Made by a program: the position numbers and the translations under genes
Notes under the pieces: model-generated
Seen by the model: only the letters and a program-made list of their open reading frames with translations
Told to the model about the DNA's origin: nothing
The model's database searches: none
DNA from: Octopus sinensis
Lineage: Eukaryota
Reading direction: 5' to 3'
Assembly (NCBI RefSeq): GCF_006345805.1
Contig: NC_043000.1
Coordinates: 53,816,001 to 53,880,000 of the forward strand
DNA length: 64,000 bases
Shown: in pieces, positions 1-14,034 of the stretch
How the letters are laid out: each line of letters begins with the position of its first letter
Numbering within the stretch: the stretch's first letter is position 1

Positions 1-1563
1 ATATATATATATATATTATATATATATATATACATAGATATATATACTTTACGAACGTATTGGAATTAATGCAGATTTGTTCATTGATCTACAAAGAAAG
101 TATATTCTAAACATATATTTTTTATGAATTAAATGATATGAACTGCAGAAGATTAATATGTCTAACGGGACTATGTTGATATTGATAATAGTAACTGATA
201 TAAGTAGTGTTTCTTTTTTTTCTGCTCTAAGAAATCTTGTATTCTCAACGCCATCATTCAATGCTAATGAAGCATTATTTTCAGAGTAAATGTATACATA
301 TACTAACGTAATAGTGTCACTTGTAGTAAATTAAGCTATTCGATGTGCCTGACATGTCAACATAACATCATAATCATCAACATCAACACGACAAGTACCA
401 CCCCTACACTTGATCATCTTCATCAACATCATCATCGTCGTCGTCGTCATCATCATCGCCATCATCATCTCGATCATGTGATAATGACATACTGGAATAT
501 CATTAAATCTAGTAGTATATATTTTTTTGGAAATTACAATCCTCTATTAGTGCTAAAAACCTGAAGGACCATTATATCTGTGGAAGAATGCCTTACAGTA
601 TTTCTTCCGGCTTCTTACGTCTAGGATTCATAATAGGCTGTAGTTCACCTCACTGCCATCCTCTCAGAGACGAGATAATAAAGCACCAATCAAATGTTTG
701 GGCCGTTTAATTAACTAGAAGCTTCTCCTTAAATGCATCAAATGGCCTCGCACTGAAATTAGGAAGAGCTTTTTAAATCTGTGAATTGAAAAACCCATTA
801 GAGCGTCGGAAGAAAACGTTCTGCAGTATTGTATTCTAAGTTTAAATCCCGCTGGAATCAACTTTGATTTTCTTCCTTTCGTTGTCGACGAAATAAAGTA
901 CCAGTCTAGTACTGTATTCGTTATGATATACTGGTATCTCCTATCAAATTCTATCGATTCTATCGAATTCTTTCATATTCATATTGTTTCTCATCCATCT
1001 TGATTGCTTCATCCTATATGACTAGGCTCCATCCTTCTTCCTCTTTCTAGAAAACCTGCTTCAGCAATTTGAAAGAATTTGTGACTCGGTACCCTGAAAT
1101 CTTTTAAAAATGATTTGGCATAAAAACACAAAATCTTCTGTCTTTATCGTTGCTTTTTAACTTTGATGCATTCACATCGTTTTTCGCTCTTTCACATATT
1201 CTCTTATCCTCTCAAACTGTCATAAAAGAAAACAAAAAATCTTAGTAACGTTCTTCCTCGAACACTTTACCTCTAACCCGAGAAAATCCTATCAAACCAG
1301 CTCTCACCTATTATTTTCTTAGAAATATTGTTGTTTGAGAAACAATTTGTTTGTATGAAACTTTGCAGATTAAAAACTTCCTTCATCGATCTGGCCAAGC
1401 TTTTCGTTTGTCTCTTTAATTATACTGGCGTCAAGTAATGGTTACCATGGTAATTATATCATTACTTTTGGGTTTAACATTATTTTTGCGATTGCAAATA
1501 TTCACTTTTAAAACTAGCTTTCTCAAACACACAGTCGTTTATGTCTACTTTCCTTACATTTCT

Positions 1564-1960
1564 GACATGGTTATGTAGTAATAAGCTTGCTTCCTAACCA
1601 GATAGTTCCGGGTTCAGTCACACTGCGGATACCTTAGGCGTGGCAACTTAGGCAAGTGTCGTCTACTATGTCCTCAGGCTTACCAAAGCCTTGTGAGGGG
1701 ATTTGATTGACGGAAACTGAAAAAAGCCCGTCGTATATATGTATGTGTGTGTGTGTCTTCATATCTGTGTTTGTCTTCCTGTCATAGCTTGACAACCGGT
1801 GTTGGTTTGCCTACGCCCCCGTAACTTAGCTGTTCAGCTAAAACACAGATAGAATAAGTTAGGCTTGTAAATATGACCTAGCGTCGATTTTTGTTTTGAC
1901 AAAACCACTTTAAGGTGATACTACAGCATGGCTGCAGTCGAATGTTTGAAAGAAGTAAAA
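1564..1960 (+). mobile_element. tRNA-derived SINE, family B (CORE-like, internal TA/TG microsatellite), diverged copy
   Basis: tRNA-like head with B-box GGTTCAGTC, CTTAGGCAAGTGTC core-like motif, and 3' part homologous to the copies at 10533-10933 and 19434-19841. Confidence 0.8.
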
Positions 1961-3432
1961 AAAAATAGAAAAAGGGTGTGTACTAATGGATCCACTTAAA
2001 TTTTGTCTTTGCCCTAAATCTTTAAATCCTCAATAAGAAGGAAGTGATGCACTATTCACATATTCTTTCCAATTGTGTGTCTTTAATTGGCTTTGTTTAA
2101 CATAATACACAAAAGAATAAGTGAAATAACAAGACGTGAAAGAGACGATCACCTCAAAAGACACTCTTCTCAGCTTTATATTCCTTCTCCTGAGATTAAT
2201 TCTACCCTTCAGATAAGCGAGGTAATGTTTCAAATTATCTCAATATTAGGAAGATTCTTCTTTTTGCCATCTACAATGGTATTTTATTTGTTGCTTGCTC
2301 ATTTGTGCGAAACTATATCAGCCAGAGACCAAGAATCATGTAGGTTATGCTGTTTTCCAAAGACAAGTTTTCAGCAACTATACCAGCAACCTCACGAGCA
2401 AACATGAGTAGGAATGATATATTTTAGATCTTTCTATATTTAGACACGTGCAAGAAGGAAAAAGCATGTCGAGGAAGAGAAATGATCAGTGGCCATCTAA
2501 ATTGAACCTACGCTGTATGATACATAATAATGTGTATAGCAGTTTATTGACTTCTTCACAAATGAAAGACAGAAATCCATATCTCTACTACTGTAACATG
2601 ATCGAAAATAAACCATATAAGCTGCGAGAGATAAAGCACTGATGTAAAAACCGACACAGTACGTCCTACTCCAGTTGAGGGCTGACAGATGCCTTAAGTC
2701 TTGTGCTCAACTTTATAACTCGAGAGGTGGTCTCAATGAAAAGTGTAGTAAGTGGCATCGAATCAATGAGATTGCAAAAATATTCTTATACAAAACGTAA
2801 GTCATTATATCGTTTCCCTTTAATAACTGGAGAAAATTGAAATTTGAAATTTCAAAGGAAAGATTATTAATTAGGTAGGAAATTCTACAAGAATAGTCTT
2901 GATGAACAGGAGAGTTATAGAAATTGATTTTTTTCATTAATGTTTTTCGAAGAGAGATCATTTATTGCGTAATATTCAATTAAATATATTGTGTATTAGT
3001 TTTATTATCGAAATCTACTTTATCGTGAATTCATATACAAATCCTTTTGTTTGGACTACACACTGAAGATATGTGAGGGCATAGGTCGAGTATTTTGATT
3101 CCTAGTCAACGTAATATCACGGAGTGATAGAGTGCAATATCATAAAATATCCGGCAACATGTTAAGCACGGTTATAGGTTTGTGTGAGTATATATATATA
3201 TGAGTTTGTTTGTGTGTACACTTGCTAACATGCAGACATATATTAATGGAAATTATATAGCGATATATGTAACTAGCTCTCTCTCTCTTTCCACACACAC
3301 ATTTCTACATATATATGCACATACACGCTCATGGTTAAATACAAAATAGAAATACAACAAACATAAGCGTGTGCCAGCACACACATATGGAAAAATATTC
3401 ATATTTCTCTGTTACACATGCATACATAGCTT

Positions 3433-3484
<52 letters not shown>

Positions 3485-3558
3485 ATATAGATATAGATAT
3501 ATATGTATGCATATATATATATATCTATATATATTTATATATATATAATATATATTAC

Positions 3559-3615
<57 letters not shown>

Positions 3616-4659
3616 TATACTTTTTATTTCTACATTTACTAGAATTCACAATTATAAAAGATACCACGACAGGAATTGAATGTATAAACTGATTAAAACA
3701 AAAATTTTAAATAAATATGAGAAAATTCTATGTTAAATAGCTGTAGTAGATATTTATCTCAGTTAAATATTTATTTCTAATAAGATCATTGTATTGTTCT
3801 AGGAATTTCAAAGATCACATTAGTTACGTCTGATCAAAGAATATAATATTATAGAAAGAAAAAAACATAAAAACAAAATTATAAGAATAATCCTTCGCAA
3901 GAAACAATTTGGTCTTTTGTAAGTTTTCTAATCAAAAGTATACTTTGTCCTCTTATCTGCAGCTGTTGAATACAATGGAGTGTAATGAAAAAAAAACCAT
4001 TTGTTTAATACAGATACATATACACTCACGTGAGTATACACAGGCATACACACACACACATATTCTTTCTTTCTCTCTCTCTCTCTCTCTCTCAAGATAC
4101 ATGCACACTCGCAATTAGATACAGCTTCACCTGGTGTAATTCCATACACGTACACACAAATACATACCGAAAATCTTAAGCGTAATGTTGTGGACGTACG
4201 CATAGAAACGGGGACATGCACACACACACACACAAACACATGCAAACACAAACACACATATATAAATATATACCTATATATGTATGTACATACTTACACC
4301 CATATTTATATATTATATGTGAATAAATAACGCACACACACACACACACACGCACGCAAACACACATAAACATATATTTCAACCACACTCCATATTGGAA
4401 TACTGTTAACCATCGTAAATACAAAAAAAAAATAACTATCTTTCATTACATAAGGATCTTTCATGAAATAGAATATATTTAAATACAGATTTCTGCACAA
4501 GCCAGGAATTTCAAGAAGTGAGGCAAGATTATTACATCCAGGGAATGATTGGTAGTTTATTGTTTTAACCTGAAAAGAATAGAAAGGGAAGACCAACCTA
4601 TGCAGAATTTGAACTCAAAATGTTAAGTGCTATTGGTACAAATTCTAAAATCCCACAAA

Positions 4660-5060
4660 CACACGAGTGGCATTATACATTAACTAAATATACTCTTAGT
4701 AAAATCGAATAAAACCGTCACTGAATAACTAAAGACAGAAAATACTTATAGCGAAACTTTATTTTCGAAACCATCAGTTGGAATATATAACTAAGTTTCC
4801 ACATTCTCCTAAACGTAGAAACATCAATCATATATGAAGCGACCAATATATTATGCAAATTCCAAAGCAGGCTTAATTGTTGGAAACGTCACGACTAAAG
4901 TATTCCAGAGGACACACAAATTCACTTTTTCATTGGCTGATCATGCTTACAACATGGAACCAGTAAAGACTTCATTATACGATGAAACCAAACTAGATAG
5001 AAAAAAGTGATAAATGATTCTATAACACACTGGAATAACTAAGATGTAATCCGAATTATA
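4660..5060 (+). mobile_element. possible highly decayed PLE GIY-YIG remnant
   Basis: fragmentary peptides such as SLADHAYNM resembling the PLE endonuclease C-terminus; many stops and frameshifts. Confidence 0.3.
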
Positions 5061-5144
5061 CTAACGGAATTATAATTATTAAGCAATTATAATTATGATG
5101 ATGATGGTGATGATGATGGTGATGATGATGATGATGATGATGAT

Positions 5145-5177
<33 letters not shown>

Positions 5178-5347
5178 CGATGATGATGAAGATGGCTTTA
5201 GCAGTTACAATATTATGTTCATAATCCCTTGCTACTTGTTTTAAACTTCTGTGACACCGTACCACTATCAATATTCTGAAACAAGACCGATTTAAAAGTA
5301 AACAGAGTAAGTTATATTGCTGTTTCACACTAAACTATTATATGAAA

Positions 5348-5620
5348 TCTATACTATAATGGAGAAAGCTGCTTATTAATTAGGTATGTAGCAATTACTA
5401 AAAGTACTAAAAGAAAGCAATTATTAAAGGGTTGACCGTCTGAAACTATTTTTATAAATTCATGTTCTAAGAAATTTCTTATAATTTCGATTTCTCAAGT
5501 TTATTCAATAGTTTTTACTGCAATTTCTCGTAAATTTAAATATTCATTGCCTTCACTGCGTCCAATTCTTCACAGATTTAAATATTCATTGCATTCACTG
5601 CGGAGTATTCTATTTTCATT
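5348..5620 (+). mobile_element. Helitron 5' end fragment
   Basis: A|TCTATACTATAATGGAGAAAGCTGCTTATTAATTAGG... is homologous to the Helitron 5' end at 50428. Confidence 0.7.
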
Positions 5621-6111
5621 CGCAAAGTCTATCACTTTCTCTTTTATGTCTTAATTCGCTATTTGGAAAACCAATAGTTTATTCTATTAATGTGTACGTA
5701 ATGTAAAAACATTGAAGCGAATTTTTTTTAAATTCATACATATGTATTCATATACAAAAAGGCCGACTTACACTGAATATAAATGATATCAGAAATTAGA
5801 AGAGTTTGAGTAATAGTTTTACGAGTCAAACAGCAGTTTCATGGGGCTTTGTGGTCCAAAATAATGATTATAATTTGATTGAGTCATCGGATAACACCAA
5901 CCTCCGTCTTCAGGGAAGAATTTTACATCTGAGTTATTGACAGAAAGGGTGTTTAAAGATGGGATATCTATTGTATTATATGTATTTATATTTTTTGTAT
6001 ATCGACTCCACGAACTTGTTTCTCCTTGCATTTACTACTATATGTAATATATGTGCACGTATATAAGTATAATATATATTAAGTTGTAAGCTTGTAATAA
6101 TTGGAAAATTT

Positions 6112-6144
<33 letters not shown>

Positions 6145-6883
6145 CAACTACAAGTATTAATCTTACTAGTGTCAGTAGTAGTAGTAGTTGTCGTTGTTGT
6201 TGTAGTAGTATTGGTCGTATTGACAATGACAAGTAGATTGAAAATTGATTGTGATAACGCATATAGCAATAAGTTTGTAGTAATAATAACGATGTCGCTT
6301 CTCTGTCGCCACCGTCAGCGTTGATGATACGGATGAGAAAGCCAATAATGAAGATGATGATGATGATGATGCTGACAACTGCGACGACGGCGAGGATGAC
6401 GATGACGTTCATTATAAGAACAATGTTGTAGATGCGAATTTTGACGATAATGATAAATATGATTATAGTATTGATATTCTTTGTGACAAGAACATAATTG
6501 CAGACCGGACTACTATCATTTCTTCCTAAACAATAAAGATAATAGACAGAATATTTCTTAACAACTTTATTTTGAATAGCAAGAGTGCTATCAGCGTTAC
6601 TTTCTATTTGAATATTGGAACTATGCTTTTTATGACAATTTATGTCATTTAATTACACAGGAATAAAAAGAACAAAATAATCTATGATGTAGCATATATT
6701 TAACAATTTCCATTATCATGATATTGTTGTCTACAATATATGTACATTAATACACGCACACACACACACACACTCAAACACATATATATATAAATACATA
6801 TATATACATTCATATGTATGTATATATTGTGTATATATATATATATATATAGCGCGAGAAAGAAGCAACAAGAATGGATAGGT

Positions 6884-6976
6884 TTTTAGTACGATCGTTT
6901 CACATACAAGGACAGGTTTTATTAAAAAGTTCAAAGATTACAGCATATAAACGAGTCCCGTACTCATCAGCTAAAA
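6884..6976 (-). ncRNA. type I hammerhead ribozyme, inverted pLTR copy
   Basis: reverse complement of 10001-10091 with a 2-nt insertion before GAAA. Confidence 0.7.
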
Positions 6977-7360
6977 TACATGTGAGTTCTCTAGACATCC
7001 TAGTGTTTGAGGCTATACTCATGAAGTAATGTAGATAATTAAGTAACATAAACAATTTCTAAAGTTCATTAAGTTATTTAAAGATGATGTACAGTCTTAT
7101 CACAGAATTTTAAAAAAGTTTTGATAGCATCACAGAGAAGGTGACCTAATCCATATGAATTTCCAGAGATATGATGAGGGATTATATACTCACAGAAGAC
7201 AAATTTATCCATTGTTAATTACAAAAAAGACCAAGCCCGAAATAAAAGTAGAATTAAATTAACGGTAAACGCTAATCTAGAGTACAGGCCCAACAATTCA
7301 AATAGAAGCATTGACCAGAACATAGGTAACTCGGATAATATTGAAGTAGATAAACCTAAG

Positions 7361-7624
7361 ATGCACACAAATAAAAATAAAAATAATGGTAATAAATACA
7401 ATAACTCCCGTGAGATGAATAGTAGTAATTCTACGAACCCTAAATTTTATAAAAAATATCTTATGGCTGATATTCCTTTCAACTGTGCGATACAATCGGA
7501 TATACAGAACAAATTCAAAGTGATTCTGGAAAAAAATTTCCCTATCTCTCATAGATATCATAGAATTATTTCTAGGAAAACAGTTAGGATTTCTTATTCA
7601 ACCCTCCCAAATATGTCCCATTAA
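7361..7624 (+). pseudogene. PLE ORF fragment, post-RT region
   Basis: IPFNCAIQSDIQNKFKVILEKNFPISHRYHRIISRKTVRISYSTLPNM resembles the PLE motif PPF..NV.TNIG..FL..IDKHFP..H..HKIFNRNTVKVSYSCMPN; out of frame with the next ORF. Confidence 0.75.
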
Positions 7625-7691
7625 TAGCTAAAATTAATAATAACAACATAAACTAGCCAGGAAAGATAGAAATAAAAATAATAATATCAGC

Positions 7692-8564
7692 ATGAATACC
7701 AATAGCAATAACAATAATACTACCAACAATAAAAACAGCAATAGGAACTATCAAAACATAGGTGAAATTAGTAACCACAGAATGACTAATAACATTAACA
7801 TTAATAGTAATAATAACAATGCCGATATTAATAGAAGTAATATTGTTAATAATAGAAATAATAGAAATAAGGCTAATGGAGAAAATAAGGAGAATGAAAA
7901 TATCAGTGATATCTATAACAATAATATGCAGTTGGATAAAAAGACTAACAATAATAATAACATTACGAATAATATAAGAAATCGTGGTAGGACTTTACAC
8001 CTAAATGATGAAACAGAAGGATCAATAAATAATAGCAATACTTTAGATATCAGCACCAACTATAGAAATGATAATCAAAATAATAGGAACCTAAAACATC
8101 TACCCAGGAATAATCCAAGGCCTGAAGTTGTTCCTCCTGTGTGTAAGTGTAGAATAAAATCAAAATGCCCGGCACCTGGTCTATGTAGGGAAAATAATGT
8201 AATCTATAAATGTACCATATCCACGGAGAATAACAAATATTTTTACATTGGCTGTACAATTAATTTTTTAGCCAGAGTTAGAAATCACATCTCGACATTT
8301 AAATTACGTCATAAAGCTGGTACCACCACACTTTCAAACAAAATCTGGGAACTCAAAAATAATAATAAAAATTATACCCTTAATTGGGAAATAGTTAGGA
8401 GAGCAATTCCGTATAAAAATAGTAGGGTTGGTTGTCAACTATGCTCCATGGAGACGTACGAAATTCTAAAGCATAGTAAACATAGAAACTTATTGAATAA
8501 CCATATCGAACTAGGTCAAGTTTGTGTCCACGCTAAATTGAAGACTTTAAAATATTTTAAATGA
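7692..8564 (+). CDS. PLE GIY-YIG endonuclease with Cys-rich knuckle, preceded by an Asn-rich linker
   Basis: CKC..K.KCP..GLC..NNVIYKC...YFYIGCT..F..R..NH...F; LSNKIWELK; CQLC..E; N..ELGQVCVH. It is the 3' part of a disrupted PLE ORF. Confidence 0.85.
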   Translation: MNTNSNNNNTTNNKNSNRNYQNIGEISNHRMTNNININSNNNNADINRSNIVNNRNNRNKANGENKENENISDIYNNNMQLDKKTNNNNNITNNIRNRGRTLHLNDETEGSINNSNTLDISTNYRNDNQNNRNLKHLPRNNPRPEVVPPVCKCRIKSKCPAPGLCRENNVIYKCTISTENNKYFYIGCTINFLARVRNHISTFKLRHKAGTTTLSNKIWELKNNNKNYTLNWEIVRRAIPYKNSRVGCQLCSMETYEILKHSKHRNLLNNHIELGQVCVHAKLKTLKYFK

Positions 8565-10000
8565 TTGGAATATTCGTAACTAGATAGATAGATATAACTT
8601 GATTTCTACTAGTATAGCACTGCTTTAAGTAGATAACTAAGAGTTCTCACATTACAGTTATCTTTTTCCTTATATCTGCATCAGTTTTTTGAGAGCAGAG
8701 AAATGAATAGTACTTATTCGCTACTTAATTGAGACTTTATTTAATTTCAAACTCACAATTTTTAAATTCTTAATTTTAAATCTTAATTGTAATATTTAAT
8801 TTTAATTCCTAACTTAATCTAATTTAAGTAGCATAACTCTAATAAATTATAATGAGTTACTGTAGCCCCATAATTCTATTTCAAAATTAAATAAATAAGG
8901 CTATTCCCTCGGTGATAATATGATTATCTTCATTATGATAGACAATCCCCTAACACCTTGTAAATGATCTTATAAGATTTGACCTGTAGTCAGTCAATGT
9001 ATGAATAATAACGACAACTCCTTAAGACAATAAAATGAATAAATTAAATAAGTAAATTTTTAATGACTTTTGATAAGATTATACTTAGATTTTCCTAATG
9101 TATTTTCTGGTGATTTTAGCATCTGACCCCTTAACCCCTGACTGTGTTATCTCTTTAGATTCTCTTTAAACTCATAGCTGATTTCAACAGCAATAAATTA
9201 ACGGTTACTGGTCAAAGAATAATATTCTCCTCTAGTTCCTAGATGCCTGTTGATTAAAACCAGACTTGCAGTCTACTAACTCTTCTGTATAACTAGAACC
9301 CTCTTTTTCTTTTTCTTTTGTTCCCTTCTTTCCTATTTCTTTCTCTTTTCTCTTTTTTCTTTTTCTTCTTCTTATTCTCTGTTTCCTTTTCTCTTCTCTT
9401 TTAGTCCCCCTTCCCCCCCCTTTTTGCTCCCTCCTCCATTTTTTTCTCTCTTTTCTTCTATTCCCTTCTCTATTCTTGGCCGCTCTAGAAAGCCCTTCAG
9501 CCTTTAAGAGTTAAATAGCTACAGCCTCTTGTGAATAGCAGTAATGTGATTAATGTGGCAAATACCTAATCATATAACAAGAATTGATACCTCCCTCATT
9601 GTGTTCAACCATTGAAAAATTTATCGCTCTTGAATATGAAATTCATCTCCATTTCTCTGGAAATTTACATCTACACCATTGGAATTGTGCATCTATACAA
9701 AGGATAATTCACCCTCTCTGTAATGCTAATAGCAGGAATTGAGACCCACCTCGTTGTAATTAACAATGGATAAATTGTCTTGTGTGAGTATATAATCCCT
9801 CATCATATCTCTGGAAATTCATATGGATTAGGTCACCTTCTCTGTGATGCTATCAAAACTTTTTTAAAATTCTGTGATAAGACTGTACATCATCTTTAAA
9901 GAACTTTAATGAACTTTAGAAATCTGTTTATGTACTAATTATCTACATTACTTCATGAGTATAGCCTCAAACACTAGGATGTCTAGAGAACTCACATGTA

Positions 10001-10091
10001 TTTTAGCTGATGAGTACGGGACTCGTTTATATGCTGTAATCTTTGCAACTTTTAATAAAACCTGTCCTTGTATGAAACGATCGTACTAAAA
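10001..10091 (+). ncRNA. minimal type I hammerhead ribozyme with extended stem II
   Basis: TTTTAG-CTGATGA-GTACGGGAC...GTCCTTGTAT-GAAA-CGATCG-TA-CTAAAA: stem I TTTTAG/CTAAAA, intact core, palindromic stem III ACGATCGT. Confidence 0.85.
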
Positions 10092-10434
10092 ATCTATCCA
10101 TTCTTGTTGCTTCTTTCTCGCTTATAATCACCCCACATTACTGTATTGTTAATCAGTATAGTTTTTTTTGGTGCATCTAAGTTAGGTACCATATTCAAGT
10201 AAATTCATTTAAATTAACTTGAATCTTATTGCTCTTGTATATATATATATATATATATACATACATACACATATGCATACATATATGTATATATGTATGC
10301 ATGTATATATGTATATATATGTATATGTATATACATGTATGTATATATGTGTGTGTATATTTAAATATATATATCAAAATGTATATATACATGCATAATA
10401 TATTGATATATATATGTATATATATATACATGTG

Positions 10435-10493
<59 letters not shown>

Positions 10494-10532
10494 GCACACA
10501 TAATAGATCTACATACATAGTTATACACGTAT

Positions 10533-10933
10533 TACTCTTTTACTCTTTTACTTGTTGTCATTTGACTGCGGCCATGCTGGAGCACCGCCTTTAATCGAGC
10601 AACTCGACCCCAAGACTTATTCTTTTGTAAGCCCAGTACTTATTCTATCGGTCTCTTTTGCCGAACCGCTAAGTAACAGGGACATAAACACACCAGCATC
10701 GGTTGTCAAGCAATGCTAGGGGGACAAACACAGACACACAAACAAACACTCGCATATATATACATATATACGACGGGCTTCTTTCAGTTTCCGTCAACCA
10801 AATCCACTCACAAGGCTTTGGTCGGCCCAAGGCTATAGTAGAAGACACTTGCCCAAGGTGCCATGCAGTGAGACTGAACCCGGAACCATGTGGCTGGTAA
10901 GCAAGCTTCTTACCACACAGCCACTCCTGCGCC
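10533..10933 (-). mobile_element. SINE family B, near full length
   Basis: minus-strand tRNA-like head (GGCGCAGGAGTGGCTGTGTGG...GGTTCAGTC) and (AGAGTAAA)n-like tail. Confidence 0.9.
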
Positions 10934-11366
10934 TATAAGTCCATTATTTTTGCAGTTCTGAAGTTTGCAATTTGTTACTGTGAGATTTACCCTGCCGATA
11001 TTCCGACGATTATGAATACTGGAAGAGAAGATAGCATTTCATAAACAAGCTGCTAGCTTCTTTGAATATCTTATTAATCATTGTTTGGATAAAGTTCAAA
11101 ACAAGCATATTGTAGATTGATAATATAGGAATTACTTGCGAAAATCGAACATGTATACATGTTTGAAAATTAAAGAACAAACGTAAAATAGAAGTAAAAG
11201 CCTTCAAAATATTCCCCTTCTATATTTTGAGATTTTTGTGTTATTTCTCCTTCACTGTTAAATTTTCTTATTCACCTGCATATCTAAAGCTTCTCTTTAT
11301 TTGATTACCTCGTTTTACATTATTTTTACTTACGCTTCAATCACTATTTTATAATCAAGTTATACA

Positions 11367-11566
11367 AGGCGGCAAATTGATAGAAGCGCTAGCATGCCGG
11401 GCAAAATGCATAGCGGTATTTCGTCTGTCTTTATGTTCTAATGTTCAAATTCCGCCAAGGCCGACTTTGCCTTTCCTTTTTTTCGGGGTCGATAAATTAA
11501 GTACCATTTGCGTACTGGGGTCGATCTAATCCAAAATTTCGGGCCTTGTGCCTGGAGTAGAAAAGA
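11367..11566 (+). mobile_element. tRNA-derived SINE, family A
   Basis: GTTCAAATTCCGCC B-box and GACTTTGCCTTT...GGGGTCGATAAATTAAGTACC body; many homologous copies in the window. Confidence 0.85.
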
Positions 11567-11800
11567 TTATCAATTAATACAAAGAGTTTGATGAAATTCG
11601 TGGAATGCGCTCTTGCCCTGATATTCAATCAATCCAACCACAAGAAATGTCACATTCTTTTCCTTGTTTCTGACACATCAGAGGAAATGAAAGTAGAAAG
11701 TCGGAGTTGAGATTTCTGAAGTTTCGACTTTACGAAAAGTATATTACATGTCTTCAATTTCAAAATTGTATTGCCTTATTTTCCCAACTTATGTAAAAAG

Positions 11801-11803
11801 CTA

Positions 11804-11863
<60 letters not shown>

Positions 11864-12003
11864 CATCCATCCATCCATCCATCCATCCATCCATCCATCC
11901 ATCCATCGATCCATCCATCGATCCATCCATCGATCCATCCATCCACCCACCCACCCACCAAACACCCACCCACCCACCCATCCATCCATCCATCCATCCA
12001 TCC

Positions 12004-12060
<57 letters not shown>

Positions 12061-12085
12061 ACCATCCATCCATCCATCTATCTAT
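11801..12085. repeat. compound (CTAT)n/(CCAT)n microsatellite
   Basis: read directly; similar tracts at 17655-17850 and 50255-50395. Confidence 0.95.
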
Positions 12086-12744
12086 CACTCTTTCTTTCTA
12101 TATATGTTTATGTATATATGTGTGTCTGTGCATGTATGAGTGTGGGTATGTGTATTTATTCTCTTTCTCTCTCTCTCTCTCTCTACCTGTGTATATAGGT
12201 GTATGTACATATGTATGTAAATGAATACATTTTTGTGATTTCACAAATACATAAACGTACAAACACACGCCCCAACACATACACATGAGCGCACTCACAC
12301 ATACATACACGCGCACATGTATATATTTGTCCGAGACTGCATGAATTTCAAAGTACTCAATACAGGTTGGTGTAATTATATTAATATCTTTGTTTGGAAG
12401 CTGAGTATTTCGTTACTTCAAAGTTTTTTAGAGTGGCACTATGATGATGTCCAAGAATATAAACAAAACGATGTTCTCAAAAAATATCTTCGTCTTAATT
12501 CCAATTACAGTTAACTTTCGTTCATTGTTAGTTTCTGATATGTACATCAATATATTATGAAAGGAAGATAATTCATGGCTAGATTTATTTTGAATTATTA
12601 ACTCTCTCTCTCTCTCTCACTCTCTCTCTCACTCTCTCTCTCACTCTCTCTCACTCTTTCTCTCTCTCTCTCTCTCTGGTAGTAAAGGGAACATTTATAA
12701 TGTAAACATAGTTAAAGAGAAAGTAAATAATTAATGTGAATGCA

Positions 12745-12945
12745 CAAGGGCAGGTGGTTAGAATGCTACACTCACAATCGCAAAATCTTGTTTGCAATTC
12801 CCTGACGGGGTAGTGCGTAGGGGTCTTGAGCAAAACACTTTATTTCATGTTAATTCAGTCCAATCAGCTGCGAGTAGCTATACAACAGACTAGCGACTTG
12901 TTCGGGGTGGGAGAGTGCTGTGATCTCAGTCAGTTATACACCATG
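12745..12945 (+). mobile_element. tRNA-derived SINE, family C, diverged
   Basis: GTGGTTAG..CTCACAATCG..TCTTGAGCAAAACACTT; homologous to 25765-26010 and 58455-58695. Confidence 0.65.
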
Positions 12946-13244
12946 TACAGCTGTCCAAAAATTCCATTAATTGAAGCTAGCAATGCCTAGGGGGCATCTA
13001 TAACAGTTAATTAAAGGACAAAATATGTGCAGTACGTTGCTTACAATAAAGTGTAAATTATAAAGTAGTCATGAAATTGTTTAATATAATTAACGATATA
13101 ACATTTCTAGATAAGTCATTGTAAGTCACTACTTGTATCGCTAACAGATACTATAACACGAACAAAATTTACATAGAAGAAATTATACACACTATGAAGA
13201 TGATTTTCCTTGAACACAAAACTGCAAGAACAGGGTCATATTAT

Positions 13245-13650
13245 TTATTATTATGGCTGGGTTCCAGCCCGAACCGCAACAACAAAGCCCATGTGATACA
13301 CTTCTCGGTCCAATATTATTACCTTGGGGTTCTGGATACGATGTCCTCTTCTTACATCACTATGAATCATATTCCCTATGACAAATTTGGATGTTTCAAG
13401 TTCAGGTTGGCGCACGCAGTGACCAGATAGACGCAGCCGTCTTTACATGATCTTCTCCCTAACTTTCGACAGGTCTCCATTAAAGTATTCATCTATCATA
13501 TGTTGCTGCCATTTCAAATTTAGAGCCATTCGTAGCATCCTTGAGTAGCAGAGTTAACACAAAATCTGTTATCTTATCGGAATATACATACTAGACATTC
13601 CGAAACCAAGGTTTAACAGCTCTAGTGTTGGTCTATATGGAGAGCACCGA
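13245..13650 (-). mobile_element. RTE-clade LINE 3' fragment
   Basis: minus strand reads CYSRMLRMALNLKWQQHM...GDLSKVREKIM*RRLRLSGHCVRQPEL. Confidence 0.8.
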
Positions 13651-14034
13651 TTACCTGTAATTTTAGAAGGAATTTAAATTTTATAATGAAAGCGTTAGCA
13701 ACTTCAAAATTCCAGAAATAATGAATTTAAACGTCAAATTGACACACTTCTTATGTGTCACCTTTACTTTATTTCATAAGACCCTATAAAAGCCAAGTAA
13801 AATAACGAAATTCATGCTACTATATTCGTAGCATTAAGAACCTAATCAATAATTAATATATTTAAATTAAAAGAGGAGGATGTAACATGGAGTGGTAACA
13901 TATAATAACAGCGCTTTAGTGAAAAGGTTTCAAATATAACATTAGAGAAAAGCCTAAGCTTTTATCAAACTTTATCATTTAAATACTGTAACTCTTAAAT
14001 TTGTTATTTCTCTCCGTGCAATGAAGCAAGTAAC

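Larger units (their letters stand above)
6852..10122 (+). mobile_element. 5'-truncated Penelope-like retroelement with inverted pLTR copies
   Basis: 6852-7222 is the reverse complement of ~9755-10122; the repeats enclose RT-thumb/linker and GIY-YIG coding remnants; one HHR in each repeat. Confidence 0.9.

Noticed and set aside
2087-2642. ORFs with a faint NGILFVACSFVRNYISQR (GIY-YIG-like) reading
   Set aside because: Too degenerate to support; may be an ancient PLE remnant.
10195-10594. Long ORFs such as [26 protein letters not shown], poly-I/H/D/T here and throughout the window
   Set aside because: They are translations of microsatellites, not genes.
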